From positions 448,001 through 512,000 of the forward strand of contig CAVVYR010000007.1 in NCBI GenBank assembly GCA_963752475.1: a stretch of 64,000 nucleotides of DNA, in the 5' to 3' direction. Of the stretch, positions 63,508 to 64,000 are shown piece after piece. The notes below the pieces were generated by a model. It was given only the letters and a program-made list of their open reading frames with translations. It did not search any database and was not told where the DNA came from. This stretch comes from an uncultured Chloroflexia bacterium. Its GTDB lineage: Bacteria > Chloroflexota > Limnocylindria > Limnocylindrales > CSP1-4. The position numbers and the translations under genes are program-made. Within the stretch, counting starts at the first letter, position 1; each line of letters opens with the position of its first letter.

Positions 63508-64000
63508 TGACGCCCCAGTTCGCCGCGTTGTCGAAGTCGTCGGGCGCACTCATGATGAGGGTCAAGCCCTGATAGCCACCCGCCCCGGTCAGCACGATCA
63601 ACCCCGTCGTACGCGGCACCTCATCACTGAGCGCCATCTCGCTGGTGAATGCGACCATGCTCAGGCCGGTCCCCGACCACGTCCCGCCGTCGTTGACGAG
63701 TCGCACGCTCGACGTGACGGTCGTGGCGGCACTGTCGCCGAACGTGAAGGTGTCGGCGTTGTCTACGTACGTCATCAGGCCCGACGCGCGGGGATCGGTC
63801 GCCTCGACCGGTTGGTCGACCCAGATCCCACCACGTATCTCGGTCGTGGTGCCGTCGACAGCGGTGACCTGACCTTCGTCGAACGCCCCGGACGACTCTG
63901 TTTGGAACGTGAAGTAGGCCGGGGCCATCGGGTCGGCTTCGTCCTGCGCGGCTACGGCCACGGACAAGCTGATGGCCAACAGCAGGATGACCGCCCCGCC
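63449..64000 (-). CDS. Hypothetical secreted protein (start beyond the window edge)
   Basis: Signal peptide end LSVAVAA-QDE, then EATDPRASG, RLVNDGGTWSG and LTGAGGYQGL. Confidence 0.7.
   Translation of the reverse strand, partial: GGAVILLLAISLSVAVAAQDEADPMAPAYFTFQTESSGAFDEGQVTAVDGTTTEIRGGIWVDQPVEATDPRASGLMTYVDNADTFTFGDSAATTVTSSVRLVNDGGTWSGTGLSMVAFTSEMALSDEVPRTTGLIVLTGAGGYQGLTLIMSAPDDFDNAANWGVIIPTGGMPPVPDPMEPPAE

Overview
High-GC bacterial chromosomal window. The taxon is probably Chloroflexota (an inference from the GAAC-N4-GTTC SOS boxes, whiA, membrane-anchored YvcK, tatA-tatC and gpmI). The core is a DNA-repair and housekeeping region: the probable dnaE 3' end, polA-mutM-ABC-F-coaE, uvrB (frameshifted), uvrA, a compact UvrD-like helicase, uvrC-secD-secF-recJ, tatAC, rapZ-yvcK-whiA, tpiA-gpmI-secG and lemA-htpX. 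There are nine tRNAs (four of them Leu) and a c-di-AMP riboswitch upstream of an MFS transporter. Features not explained by standard annotation: (1) two gap-free homologous intergenic elements (about 730-954 and 12259-12483) built from arrays of a GTCG-N7-CGAC palindrome with TGT...ACA inverted arms; (2) a second dispersed hairpin element of about 150 bp (8976-9120 and 50177-50333), one copy lying between tRNA-Leu(CAA) and a degenerate copy of that tRNA's 3' end; (3) a family of secreted RTX-like Ca-binding proteins (three intact genes plus an orphan C-terminal remnant) with a shared leader and a hypervariable C-terminal segment; (4) several odd proteins and gene starts, namely a P-type ATPase with PNGL, an AAC(3)-YqeY fusion and a rhodanese gene with an apparent ATC start. 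No integrase, transposase, reverse transcriptase or CRISPR array was recognised.
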